Assembly (NCBI GenBank): GCA_963712115.1
Contig: CAVQGX010000014.1
Coordinates: 1-64,000, forward strand
Source of the DNA: an uncultured delta proteobacterium
Lineage (GTDB): Bacteria > Desulfobacterota > Syntrophobacteria > BM002
Reading direction: 5' to 3'
DNA: 64,000 bases
The translations under genes and the position numbers were made by a program. Below are positions 21,247 to 31,226 of this stretch, piece after piece (within the stretch, counting starts at the first letter, position 1; the number at the start of each line of letters is the position of its first letter). A model generated the notes under the pieces. That model did not search any database. It was not told the DNA's origin and saw only the letters and a list, made by a program, of their open reading frames with translations.

Positions 21247-22110
21247 TTGAGATTGAAACCGGTGGAATACGTAGAAGGGAAAAATGAACGATTGAGCGGA
21301 GCAACCCTTACATTAATACTCCTTTCATTCTTATGTTTTATCTATACTTACCAGAAAACACTCCTCTGGCTTTACGAACGCTATACCAGCCCAGCTTCTT
21401 ATTATTCCCACGGTTTTCTCATTCCTCTCATCAGCGGTTATCTGGTCTGGAGAAAGAAAGACGAGCTACAAGAGGTTGGCCCTGCGAGCTCAGGAGTCGG
21501 CTTGTTCCTTGTTGCCCTGGCTCTTGTTGTGCATATTTTCAGTGTATGGACTCACATTTTTTTTACTTCTGGATTTTCTATTTTGATCCTTGCGGTAGGA
21601 CTCAGCCTTTACCTATTTGGTCCAGAGTTTAGTCGAAAAATAGCCTTCCCCCTGGGATTTCTCGTTTTCATGTTCCCCCTACCCCTTGGGGCAATCTCCG
21701 CCGTGTCATTACCACTGAAGCTCATGGTAGCAAATGTTGCTGCAGATATCGTAGGAGCGCTTGGCGTTCCTCTTTTCCGCGAGGGGGCAATAATCCACCT
21801 GGCAAAGACCAGCCTTGCCATTGGTGATCCCTGTACCGGAATTCGCTCACTGATTTCCCTTTTAGCAGTCGGGGCTTTAATCGCCTACTTCTCCAAAACC
21901 ACCACATTGAGAAGGGTGATCCTCGTGCTGTTTGCCATTCCTGTTGCTATTTTTGCAAACACCCTCAGGGTCTGCGCTCTAATTCTGGCGGCTAACCGGT
22001 TGGGGGGCCAGTGGGCCTCACCAGAACACCTGTTTCACCTTGCTTCAGGGATGACAGTCTTTGTCATCAGTACAATCCTGCTCCTCGCAGCTATGAGGAT
22101 ACTGGAATGA
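21247..22110 (+). CDS. Exosortase (EpsH family)
   Basis: YSHGFLIP, FMFPLP, REG..I, DPCTGIRS (catalytic Cys), NTLR, FH. Confidence 0.92.
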   Translation: MRLKPVEYVEGKNERLSGATLTLILLSFLCFIYTYQKTLLWLYERYTSPASYYSHGFLIPLISGYLVWRKKDELQEVGPASSGVGLFLVALALVVHIFSVWTHIFFTSGFSILILAVGLSLYLFGPEFSRKIAFPLGFLVFMFPLPLGAISAVSLPLKLMVANVAADIVGALGVPLFREGAIIHLAKTSLAIGDPCTGIRSLISLLAVGALIAYFSKTTTLRRVILVLFAIPVAIFANTLRVCALILAANRLGGQWASPEHLFHLASGMTVFVISTILLLAAMRILE

Positions 22111-22752
22111 GAGGAGACCTGAAACGGTACCTGACCGTCTTTCTATTATTTGTTATCACCTCGGGGTTCGTGTTTTGTGGATGATCGTGCTTCCCAAAGT
22201 GCACCGCAGGACCGGATGGCCAAGATCCCAGCAATTGTCGGTGAATGGCGGGGTAGAGATATGCCTGTGGAGGAAAGGATTGAACGCATACTGAACACAA
22301 ATCACCTGCTGTTCCGAGACTACATCAACGGTGAAGGAAAGCATATCTTTCTCTCAGTTGTATATTATGTTGACAACAAGATAGGCTTCCATAACCCGGA
22401 GTCATGTAACACCGGATTAGGCTCATATGTTGTCAGTAGAGACGTGCTGGATTTGCCTCTCGAAAGGTCTCTCAGCAACTCTGAAGTTTTTCCCGTCAAC
22501 AGACTCGTCATGGGAGGGACAAAAACTGACAAAGTGATCCTCTATTTTTATGTGGCTGGTAATTACTTGACCCACGATTATTTGAAATTCAGGCTGCACC
22601 TGCTGAAGCAAAGAATGGCCTTCCAAAGGCCAGGATGCGCGCAAATCCAACTCCACAGTGATGCTGAGCTTGGGACCGATAGTACCACAGCTATTATGGC
22701 AAATTTTCTCAAAGAATTAGTGCCTTACTTTCAGGCAAGATCTTATGATTAG
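22107..22752 (+). CDS. epsI: EpsI-family exosortase-associated protein (frameshift near 22175)
   Basis: ATG 22107 overlaps the exosortase stop; IGFHNPESC..GLG motif. Confidence 0.8.
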
Positions 22753-22771
22753 TGTTTACCCGGAATTCCAA

Positions 22772-22992
22772 ATCCCTCCCCTTATGAAGGTCCCCTCCAG
22801 CAGGGGGAAGAAACATGATCAAGTGAGCATTGACCAATGGTGAGTAGATCACAATGAACCTCCTTGCAGACCCGGAGAATGGTGATCTTTCACCCTCACC
22901 CTGAACCCCCTCCCGTCGAGGGAGGGGGGAAAGTCTAGTAAAGCTTTCCTACTAATTAAGTTAGGTCTTATGCCCTCCGGGGGAGAGGGTAA
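22772..22992. repeat. REP-like CCCTC..CCC/GGGAG(A/G)GGG palindrome cluster
   Basis: e.g. CACCCTCACCCTGAACCCCCTCCCGTCGAGGGAGGGGG; same family at 21001, 25152..25260, 55220..55265, 62291..62330. Confidence 0.65.
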
Positions 22993-23018
22993 ATGAGGTA
23001 AACCTGGTGCTCTGAGAC

Positions 23019-25143
23019 ATGACGCTACCCGTCTTTTTACATTTTAGTGCAGCCCTTTTCTCTCTCGGTCTCGGCGTTTTCTCAATTTACCGAGGCTCGC
23101 GCCATTTCTCCACACTGGGCTTTGGGTGTTGGAATGGCTGTATTCGCCACGGAGTCTTTTTTCTTGGGACTCAGCACCCTGGCCACTTCACCCGAAGAGT
23201 TAATACATTGGCAGAGGTGGAGGTTTGCAGCCGCAGCCTTGTTACCTGCGATTTGGCTCGTATTCAGCCTCAGCCTGCCACATCTCAATTACAAGGCGGT
23301 ATTAGCAAAATGGAAATGGATCATTTTGCTTACTTTTCTCATACCGGTAACCTTCGTGAGTCTTTTTGCCTCCCATTTCTTCCAGGGGCTTCCGCAGTTT
23401 ACCACACCAATGGGATGGCTTCTCCTGCTTGGTTGGTCCGGTAGAGCGTTCCAAATTTCCTTCTTACTAGGCTTTGTTATCACCCTTATGCTTCTCGAAA
23501 GAACACTTCGTAGTTCCAGTGGATTAAAGCGTTGGAAGATTAAACCCCTTATTTTGGGAGTGGGGTGCATTATTGCTTCTGGTGTCTACACAGCGAGCCA
23601 AGAGTTACTTTTCGGACTAGTGAATTTAAAACTTGAAGCCATTAACGCTGCAGCGCTGCTTATGGGAGGCCTTCTGATCTTGTCATCTCTTTTCAGAGCC
23701 AACACTTTACAGTTTGATATCTACTTTTCAAACAGAGTCCTTACCAATTCCATTGTCTTTATTTTTGCGGGCGTACTTTTTTTGGCGGTTGGGATTCTAT
23801 CTGTACTCTTACAGCCCGTAGACAATATGATCAAATTTCAACTCCATGTCTTCCTTATTTTCACAGCGCTCCTGGCGGGCTCGGCTGTAATCCTCTCACA
23901 TAGACTGCGCCATGATTTAAAGCTTATCATTTCGCGACACTTCCGAAGACCTTACTACGACTACCGCGAGGTGTGGACGTCCTTCGTGAGGAATACGATC
24001 TCCCATGCCGAGGTTCGAGGTTTTTGTGATTCAGTTTGCAAACTGGTGTCTGAGATACTCGGTATCCCGTCAGTTAGCATCTGGCTTTTAGACGAGGATC
24101 AGAAGCGGTTGAAGCTCACAGGATCCTCCTCCCTGCCGAGCTCTGAAATCACAGACATATCAGGGGTGCGAGAAAGTGACCTGGCTTCAGCCGGAAGGAC
24201 CGGGGATGTGCAGGTTCTTTATAATGTCAGCACGGCTGAAAGTGTTCTCCCGGAAGGGCTCAGGAAATCCAATACAAACTTCTTTCAGCACATTCAGGCG
24301 CAACACTGCGTCTTGTTGGTGGCATTAGATAGACCCGTCGGGTTAATGGCCTTCGGCGATCGAATTGGAGGAGCATCTTTCTCCCTCGAAGATGAGGAGC
24401 TACTTAAGATCTTAGCCAAACAGACGGCTGGAGGCTTGCTGAACCTGAGACTTCTCGAGCGCATGCGCCAGGCCAAAGAGATGGAAGCTTTTCAGACAGT
24501 CGGGGCCTTTTTTGTGCACGACCTGAAGAACCTGACTTCGACACTTTCACTGCTGTTACAGAATCTGCCGGCTCACTTCGACAATCCGGCATTTAGAGAG
24601 GACGCAGTGCGACTGTTGTCACAGGGTATTGATAGGATCAACGCCCTCTGTGGCTCCATTTCCTCATTGCAGGATCGACTCGAAATCCAACCTGTCGAGA
24701 CAGATTTTAACGGAATTGTCGCCAATGTGCTTGCACAGCTTGACGGTGTATTAGGTGGTTCTGTGGTCAAGAACTTGAATCCCCTACCCAAGATGCGCCT
24801 GGACCCGGAACAGATGCAGAAGGTACTGACCAACTTGCTTCTAAATGCACATGACGCTGCAGGTGAAAGTGGGAAAATAAAGGTCACCACTGAAAGGCGG
24901 GACGGCTGGGTCGAACTGACAGTCAGCGACAACGGCTGCGGCATATCTCCAGAGTTCATCAAGGAATGCCTCTTCAAACCCTTCAAAACTACCAAGAAGC
25001 AGGGAATAGGTATAGGCCTTTTCCAGAGTAAAATCATAGTTGAGAGGCATAATGGCAGAATAGAAGTGGAAAGTCAGGAAGGTGCAGGCAGCACGTTCAG
25101 GCTACTCCTGCCCGTGAAAGACAGCGCGGCAGCTCGCCACTAA
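23019..25143 (+). CDS. prsK: PEP-CTERM system histidine kinase (frameshift near 23110)
   Basis: Multi-TM N-terminus, YDYREVW, GAF, AFFVHDLKN H-box, DNGCG..PFKTTK..GIGLF ATPase; lies upstream of prsR. Confidence 0.9.
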
Positions 25144-25151
25144 TTGTTTTT

Positions 25152-25260
25152 CCCCCTCCCCTGGCGGAAGGGGATAAAGGGGAGGGGGAAGCAATAAGTG
25201 GTTAGGATTTTTATTATTTCAGCACCCCCACCTTTATCCTCCCCCGTCGAGGGGGAGGAA
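25152..25260. repeat. Pair of REP-like CCCCTCCC/GGGGAGGG palindromes
   Basis: CCCCCTCCCCTGGCGGAAGGGGATAAAGGGGAGGGGG and a divergent inverted partner. Confidence 0.6.
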
Positions 25261-25313
25261 TTTAGTGGTTATCGGACACGCACTATTATCCTTTTGAAGA
25301 TTGCCTGAGACTG

Positions 25314-26675
25314 ATGGACAAAGTGAAGCTTCTTATTATTGAAGACGATGAAAACATCCGGAGTCAATTGAAATGGTCCCTGGCGCTGGACTACGAAGTT
25401 CTTATTGCCGAGAACCGACCAGATGCTCTTGAAATCATGAGGACAAGGCGGCCAGGTTTAGCTCTCCTGGACTTAGGACTTCCACCAAAGCCTAACAGTG
25501 TCGACGAGGGCTTTAGCACCCTGGCTGGTCTACTTGCAGCGAATCCCTTCACGAAAATAATCATCATGACCGGACAGCAGGAAGAGGAGCACGCCGTTCG
25601 GGGCATTGCTCAGGGCGCATGTGACTATTTCTCCAAACCGATACAGATCGGTGACCTCAAAGTCGTCCTAAAACGAGCCGAACATGTTTTCCATCTGGAG
25701 GAAGAAAGCAGAAAGTTACTGGAACGCGGATCCGATGTATCCTTTGAAAGTATGTTAGGTGCAAGTCAACCAATGAAGAAGGTCTTCAAGACCATCCGTA
25801 AGGTAGCCTCTACTGATGTTTCTGTTTTGATTACTGGAGAAAGCGGAACAGGCAAGGAACTTACCGGGCTCGCTCTTCACAGGTTGAGCTCGAGATCAGA
25901 AGGTCCTTTCGTAGCTATTAATTGTAGCGCTATTCCCGATACGCTTTTGGAGAGCGAGCTTTTCGGATTCGAGAAAGGAGCTTTCACTGGAGCGGAGAAA
26001 CAGAAAAAAGGGCGGATTGAATTAGCTCAAGGAGGCACGCTTTTTTTGGACGAAATCGGGGATCTGTCAACTTCTCTGCAAGTCAAGTTACTCCGGTTTT
26101 TGGAAGAACGCAAGTTAGTGAGAATAGGAGGCAGAGACAATATTTCGCTGGATGTTCGGATAATCTCTGCTACTAATAGGGATCTTCAGACCGCAGTGGA
26201 GCAGGCAAGATTTCGCAGAGACCTTTATTTTCGGCTTGCAGTTGTCACTATTCCTATGCCTCCTCTAAGAGAACGGGGAGACGACATCCTCCTCCTGGCC
26301 AGGGCTTTTCTGAAAAGGTACGTGGAAGCAACCAATAGGAATATCAATGACTTCACACCTCAAGCCCTTGACAGTCTCGCAACTTACAACTGGCCTGGAA
26401 ATGTTCGGGAACTCCAAAACCGTATCAATCGTGCGGTTATCATGGCGGAAGGGAAAAAACTTACACCAATAGATCTTGAACTCGACACGTCTTTTAGCAA
26501 ATACAGCGGACAGACACTCAAAGAGGCCCGTGAATCACTCGAGAGAGATCTCATCCAGCGCGCACTGACGAGAAATACGGGCAACATTACCAGAGCCGCA
26601 GCCGAGTTGGATATCAGCCGGCCTGCACTTTATGAATTGATGAAGAAGCTGAGCATTACCAAATCGAGAACTTAG
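25314..26675 (+). CDS. prsR: PEP-CTERM system sigma54-dependent response regulator
   Basis: REC with LLDLGLPP, GESGTGKE, GAFTGA, LFLDEIG, WPGNVREL, Fis-type HTH. Confidence 0.92.
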   Translation: MDKVKLLIIEDDENIRSQLKWSLALDYEVLIAENRPDALEIMRTRRPGLALLDLGLPPKPNSVDEGFSTLAGLLAANPFTKIIIMTGQQEEEHAVRGIAQGACDYFSKPIQIGDLKVVLKRAEHVFHLEEESRKLLERGSDVSFESMLGASQPMKKVFKTIRKVASTDVSVLITGESGTGKELTGLALHRLSSRSEGPFVAINCSAIPDTLLESELFGFEKGAFTGAEKQKKGRIELAQGGTLFLDEIGDLSTSLQVKLLRFLEERKLVRIGGRDNISLDVRIISATNRDLQTAVEQARFRRDLYFRLAVVTIPMPPLRERGDDILLLARAFLKRYVEATNRNINDFTPQALDSLATYNWPGNVRELQNRINRAVIMAEGKKLTPIDLELDTSFSKYSGQTLKEARESLERDLIQRALTRNTGNITRAAAELDISRPALYELMKKLSITKSRT

Positions 26676-26857
26676 CTCCGCTAATGGAATGTTGGAATAT
26701 TGGGTCTTAGTTGCAACGACGTAGAATTTTGCGTTTCGAGAGGGTTTTCGACATCAAGAAGGGACAACCTTTCGTTTGGGAATGCCATGATTGCCATGAA
26801 GGATTGGTTATAGAAATTCGAGACAGTTAGTCTGGCTTTTACCGTATCAAGGACCTT

Positions 26858-27072
26858 AATTGAGCGATTCTAGTGGACGGCAAAATACAGGCAACACCAT
26901 ACATGTCATTCTGAGCCATGCGACGGGCTCCCCGAGACAAGCTCGGGACAGGCGGGACAGGCAGGATAAACTCCGCGAATAATCTTATGGGTGGAGCCGC
27001 CTTCGAGATTCTTCGTCGTCCCGCCGCTGGCGGGACTCCTCAGAATGACAGTAAACGGAGAATCGCTCAATT
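26858..27072. repeat. GTCATTCTGAG...CTCAGAATGAC palindromic element with nested inserts, inside a 14-bp outer inverted repeat
   Basis: Core 26904..27050; outer AATTGAGCGATTCT/AGAATCGCTCAATT. Confidence 0.75.
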
Positions 27073-27085
27073 TAGGAAGGGATAG

Positions 27086-27202
27086 TGTCGGAAACCCTTA
27101 CAAAAATCGCTAGATGTTGAAGAACCAACTAAGTAGCTGTGAATTCTGCATTTTTTTGAGAAAACCGTTATCGGACCGAGTAGACTGTCGGTATTCTTTA
27201 CG
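27086..27202 (+). promoter_or_regulatory. Two candidate enhancer sites TGTCGG-N6-TTAC(A/G) (TGT-N11-ACR)
   Basis: TGTCGGAAACCCTTACA (27086) and TGTCGGTATTCTTTACG (27186), 100 bp apart, upstream of a sigma54 promoter and next to prsR. Confidence 0.5.
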
Positions 27203-27334
27203 ATACGTCGCATCTCGTAAGGCTGCTGAAGGCCATTTTTTGATGTAAGATGTGAGCATCTAAAAAAAGGATAATGTATTAAATACAAGCGGTTACAAAA
27301 AATAAAAAGAAGAATCACACGTGTTGTCTCATTT

Positions 27335-27350
27335 TGGTACATTAATTGCC
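27335..27350 (+). promoter_or_regulatory. Sigma54 -24/-12 promoter of the PEP-CTERM gene
   Basis: TGGTACATTAATTGCC (GG-N10-GC) about 55 nt before ATG 27406. Confidence 0.65.
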
Positions 27351-27405
27351 TTCCATAAAGCACGTAGAGAATGGCGTCGAAAATTAACTGAGCGGAGATG
27401 AAACT

Positions 27406-27980
27406 ATGAGAAAAGTTCTTTTCGGAGTGGTAATGTGCCTGGCAATTCTAGCTCTTGCGACCCCAGGTCACTCTTTGCTGACGATTGGTGAGGACATGGA
27501 TGGGAATAGTTGGGGACAGGCTTTTTGAACCGACTATACGACCAAACGTTATTAATCTGTACACCACCTCACCCTATTTTGAGTTTGCGGAAGGGCTGCC
27601 GTCTGGCTGGAATTATCATCAGTCCGCAGATGGGAGTTTTGCCCAGCTCTACACGACCGGAGATTCTGGCCTGAGTAATTTCATATGGACCCAGTGGTGG
27701 TGGGATCCACGGCCAACAAGAGAAAGTCCGCTCTACTTGGACTGGCAGGAAGTACATTATGACTGGACCAGCGGGTGAAATTATGAGTCCTGGACAGGAG
27801 GTCTTGAGATCAGGTCTTGGGAGATAGCTGAGTACGGAAATGCTGTGCGGTCCTGATTCCATAGTGAAACCGATAACGGCGACACCGGAGCCGTCTTCCC
27901 TGGTCTTAATGGGTTCAGCCATGATCTTGATCGGCCTTTATGGAAGAAAGAGATATCAGGCGAAAATAATTGGCCAGTAG
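27406..27980 (+). CDS. PEP-CTERM protein (frameshifted; only partly shown in the ORF track)
   Basis: Signal peptide MRKVLFGVVMCLAILALATPGHS; middle part is ORF 27485..27778; C-terminus TPEPSSLVLMGSAMILIGLYGRKRYQAKIIGQ*. Confidence 0.8.
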
Positions 27981-28093
27981 TAAAATTATCAAGGAAAACT
28001 CGTAAACATTCAACAAGTTCACCCCATCTTTTGTATCGTCCGGACAATTCATGAATTGTCCGGGCTAGACCCTTCCCCTGCAAAAACCAGTAA

Positions 28094-28248
28094 GAGGCTT
28101 TCCGACAACCCACCGAATGCCTGCTGCTGTCATTCTGAGCCCTTCGGCAAGTTCAGGATAAACTCCGCGAAGAATCTCATGGATTTTGGTACTTACACGT
28201 CCGAGATTCTTCGGCTCACGCCTCAGAATGACGTTGTCGGACGGCCTC
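28094..28248. repeat. GTCATTCTGAG...CTCAGAATGAC element inside an outer inverted repeat
   Basis: Core 28129..28232; outer GAGGCTTTCCGACAAC/GTTGTCGGACGGCCTC. Confidence 0.75.
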
Positions 28249-28456
28249 GTAAACCCCGTTAATCACTATATGTGACGTCAGAAATCAGTGCACATTTCCA
28301 ACTGAAGCCCTGAACAACTGGGAAAGGGATGCGCACTTATTTATCACACCACGTATATTAGGAAGCTAGGAAAGCTCGGTTCACAAATTAAGATTGTAAT
28401 CTCTCGCCTCATAATTTCTTCATTATTACTCAGTTTACTTCACTTCTATTAAATAT

Positions 28457-30814
28457 ATGGAGAGCCTGATGAAAATCTTTTCTTTTAGAGTATTTTTTCT
28501 TGTGTTTTTGCTTTTTGTAAGCTTTTCCTGCCACAGCCCAACCGAGAATCGCGTGAAGCACATGAAACGGGGAGATGGCTATTTTGAAAAGCAAGAGTTT
28601 GAGAAAGCCATTCTTGAATATAAGAATGCAATCCAGGCGGAGCCTGATTTTGCTCGGGCGCACTACCAGCTTGCGCTGGCTTATCTCAGAACCTCCCGAC
28701 CCTTTGAGGCTCATCGAGAATTGTCAAAAACAGTGGAACTCGAACCTGACAATGTGGAAGCGCAGCTCAAGCTGGGCCAATTATATTTTCTTGGTAAAGA
28801 CACGGAAAAAGCGCGAGAAAAGGCAAAATTAATCCTCGAGAAAAACCCACAGAACATCCAAGCCCTGCTTCTGCAAGCAGGAGTCTTGATCCAGGAAGGC
28901 AAACCAGATGAAGCAAACCACACACTCGAGAGGGTAATAGCCATCGATGAACAGAATATTAGGGCTTACCTGATGCTTGCGCGAATTGCTGCGACCTCCA
29001 AGGATTTTGATAAGGCCAAAGCTGTTCTTGGTAAAGCAGTGGATGTCAACCCCGAAGATCCCTCCGCAAGGTTGGAGCTTGCGCGGTTTCAAGAACAGCA
29101 TGGCGAATACAAGGTGGCAGAAAGCCAAATTAAGGAAGCCATTTCCAGGAATAGCGGAAATGCAGCACTTCTCGACGCACTGGGAAATTTCTATGTCCGG
29201 CGAGGTAATTTAGAGGCAGCCGAGGATATATATCTCAGCACAACCGAACTCGAGCCCGAGCAAATCCGCCCGAAGATGACCCTGGCGGCGTTGTATGTGT
29301 CCCAAAAGAAATGGGATAAGGCTATACATTGGATAGAGAAGGCGCGAGAATTGCAGCCTGAGAATACTGAAGTTCAGAATGCCCTTGCATCCCTCTATTT
29401 GGAAATGGGAAAAGTTGAAAAGTCCGAAGAGCTGGTCGATCGCATACTGGAAAAAGACAATCGTAACGTAAACGGCCGTTTCCTCAAGGCCCGTATTCTT
29501 CTCCGAGAAGAACAGTTGAGAGAAGCTGCAGGACTACTCGACACGATCTTACAGGACGAGCCACACCATGCCGCTGCCCTTTACTACCGTGGGTTGGTTC
29601 ACCAAGCAGAAAAAAACAATTCTTTAGCGAAGCAATATTTGCTCAAAGCAATTGAATCTAACCCCCACAACTTGAAAGCGAGATTGGCTCTGGCTCAGAT
29701 TCACCTGGCGGAGAGCGCAGCAGATCTTGCCCTCGAGCAGGCAGAAGCAGTGCTTGCCAGAAATCCCGAAAACTATGCTGCATACGTACTCAAAGGAGAT
29801 GCCTATATTCTGAAAAGAGATGCAAAGCGCGCGCGAGAAGCTTACCAGCGTGCAGCTGAAATCGACCCGAACAATCTTGCTGCTTATTATCGACTGTCTC
29901 AGTTAGCCCAGGTCCAAGGCAACTACGAAGGTGCACATGTGTATATAGACAGGGCCCTGGCTTTAAAAAACGATCATTTGCCTGCCATTGAGACAAAGGT
30001 CTCAATTTTTCTTGCTCAGCAGCTACCTGAACAAGCATTATCTTTTTTGCAGAAAGAAATTCAATTGCATGATCAAAACCCGGAATTGTCGGCGGTTCTC
30101 CACGAAATGACAGGTCGCATTTTATTTGCCACAGAAAGTTTCGAACAGAGTGAGGCGGCATTTCAGAAAGCATTGAGTTTGAATCCTAATCTAATGACTT
30201 CCCACCTCTTACTGGCCGGACTCTACAGAGTAAGAGGCGAAAGCGGGAGAGCTATTTCTCAATATCAGACAATCCTAAAAAAACAACCGCAGTATGTTCA
30301 GGCTTACATGGGTTTGGGTGCTATGTACGAAGCCGGTGGGAGAGGCCAGGAGGCTTGCGCACTGTACGAAAAGGCCTTGGAAATCAATCCGGACTTTGCC
30401 CCCGCCGCCAATAACCTTGCTTGGATTATGCTCCAGAATGGTGAGGAGCCTCAGAAAGCCCTGGCCCTGGCCAGGATCGCAAAAAAGGAACTTCCGGAAG
30501 ATCCGCGGGTCGCTGACACCTATGCTCTTGCTCTCCTAGAAAATGGCCTTTACCAGAGTGCAATTATCGAGTTGACAGAGGCAACAAGGAAAATACCTCA
30601 GGAGCCCACTGTGCTATACCATCTCGGTCTGGCACACTGGAAAAGCGGAGATGAAGAAAGAGCGCTCGAGGCACTAAACAAAGCATTGAAATTAAAAGTC
30701 GACTTCCCGGAGAAACAAAAAGCCTCAAAGCTACTGGAGGAAATTGAGGCCCTGGCAGGTCAGAGGTCAGAAGTCGGAGGTCGGAGGACAGTTTCACTAG
30801 GCACTAAGCAGTAA
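28457..30814 (+). CDS. prsT: PEP-CTERM system TPR-repeat lipoprotein (PrsT-like)
   Basis: Lipobox-like SFSC, A.LEYKNA.Q, many TPRs, NNLAW..DT....L..G; follows prsKR. Confidence 0.8.
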   Translation: MESLMKIFSFRVFFLVFLLFVSFSCHSPTENRVKHMKRGDGYFEKQEFEKAILEYKNAIQAEPDFARAHYQLALAYLRTSRPFEAHRELSKTVELEPDNVEAQLKLGQLYFLGKDTEKAREKAKLILEKNPQNIQALLLQAGVLIQEGKPDEANHTLERVIAIDEQNIRAYLMLARIAATSKDFDKAKAVLGKAVDVNPEDPSARLELARFQEQHGEYKVAESQIKEAISRNSGNAALLDALGNFYVRRGNLEAAEDIYLSTTELEPEQIRPKMTLAALYVSQKKWDKAIHWIEKARELQPENTEVQNALASLYLEMGKVEKSEELVDRILEKDNRNVNGRFLKARILLREEQLREAAGLLDTILQDEPHHAAALYYRGLVHQAEKNNSLAKQYLLKAIESNPHNLKARLALAQIHLAESAADLALEQAEAVLARNPENYAAYVLKGDAYILKRDAKRAREAYQRAAEIDPNNLAAYYRLSQLAQVQGNYEGAHVYIDRALALKNDHLPAIETKVSIFLAQQLPEQALSFLQKEIQLHDQNPELSAVLHEMTGRILFATESFEQSEAAFQKALSLNPNLMTSHLLLAGLYRVRGESGRAISQYQTILKKQPQYVQAYMGLGAMYEAGGRGQEACALYEKALEINPDFAPAANNLAWIMLQNGEEPQKALALARIAKKELPEDPRVADTYALALLENGLYQSAIIELTEATRKIPQEPTVLYHLGLAHWKSGDEERALEALNKALKLKVDFPEKQKASKLLEEIEALAGQRSEVGGRRTVSLGTKQ

Positions 30815-31120
30815 GCACTAGGCACTCCCGCTGACGAGGTTGGAGGCAAGAATTCAGAGGACGGAGGTCAGAGGTCGGAGGTCAGTTTCACTAGGCACTA
30901 AGCAGTAAGCACTAGGCACAGCAAGGCGAATCGGGGACGGGGAGAGACGGGAGCGGGGCAAGGTAGAGGACAGAGGCAGGAGGCAGTGACACGGACGAGG
31001 AGAGCAAAAGCAATTTCGGATGCGGATTTGGAACCACTACTGGGTCGCGTAGTGGAATGTTGGAAACGGAGCATAGGGCAGAAAGAAGTTCAAAGTCTCA
31101 AGTTCAAAGTTTAAAGTTAT
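30758..31120 (+). repeat. Composite heptamer-repeat tract (AGAGGTC/GGAGGTC, CACTAGG/CACTAAG, GGAGACG, AGTTCAA)
   Basis: Block CACTAGGCACTAAGCAGTAAGCACTAGGCAC at 30795 and 30889; same block at 32962, 33887, 34806 and 58335. Confidence 0.85.
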
Positions 31121-31226
31121 ACTTGCCTCTCCGGTTCAGAAACCCGGCTTGTGCATCCTGTGCCTCACCGAACCGTGAGTCTGCATTATAATTTCAACTA
31201 CCTTACGGTTACCGTGAAGGAGGAAT

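Noticed and set aside
30795-30919. 31-nt CACTAGGCACTAAGCAGTAAGCACTAGGCAC repeats as a CRISPR array
   Set aside because: Copies are dispersed and internally heptameric, the sequence between them is itself repetitive, and there are no cas genes.
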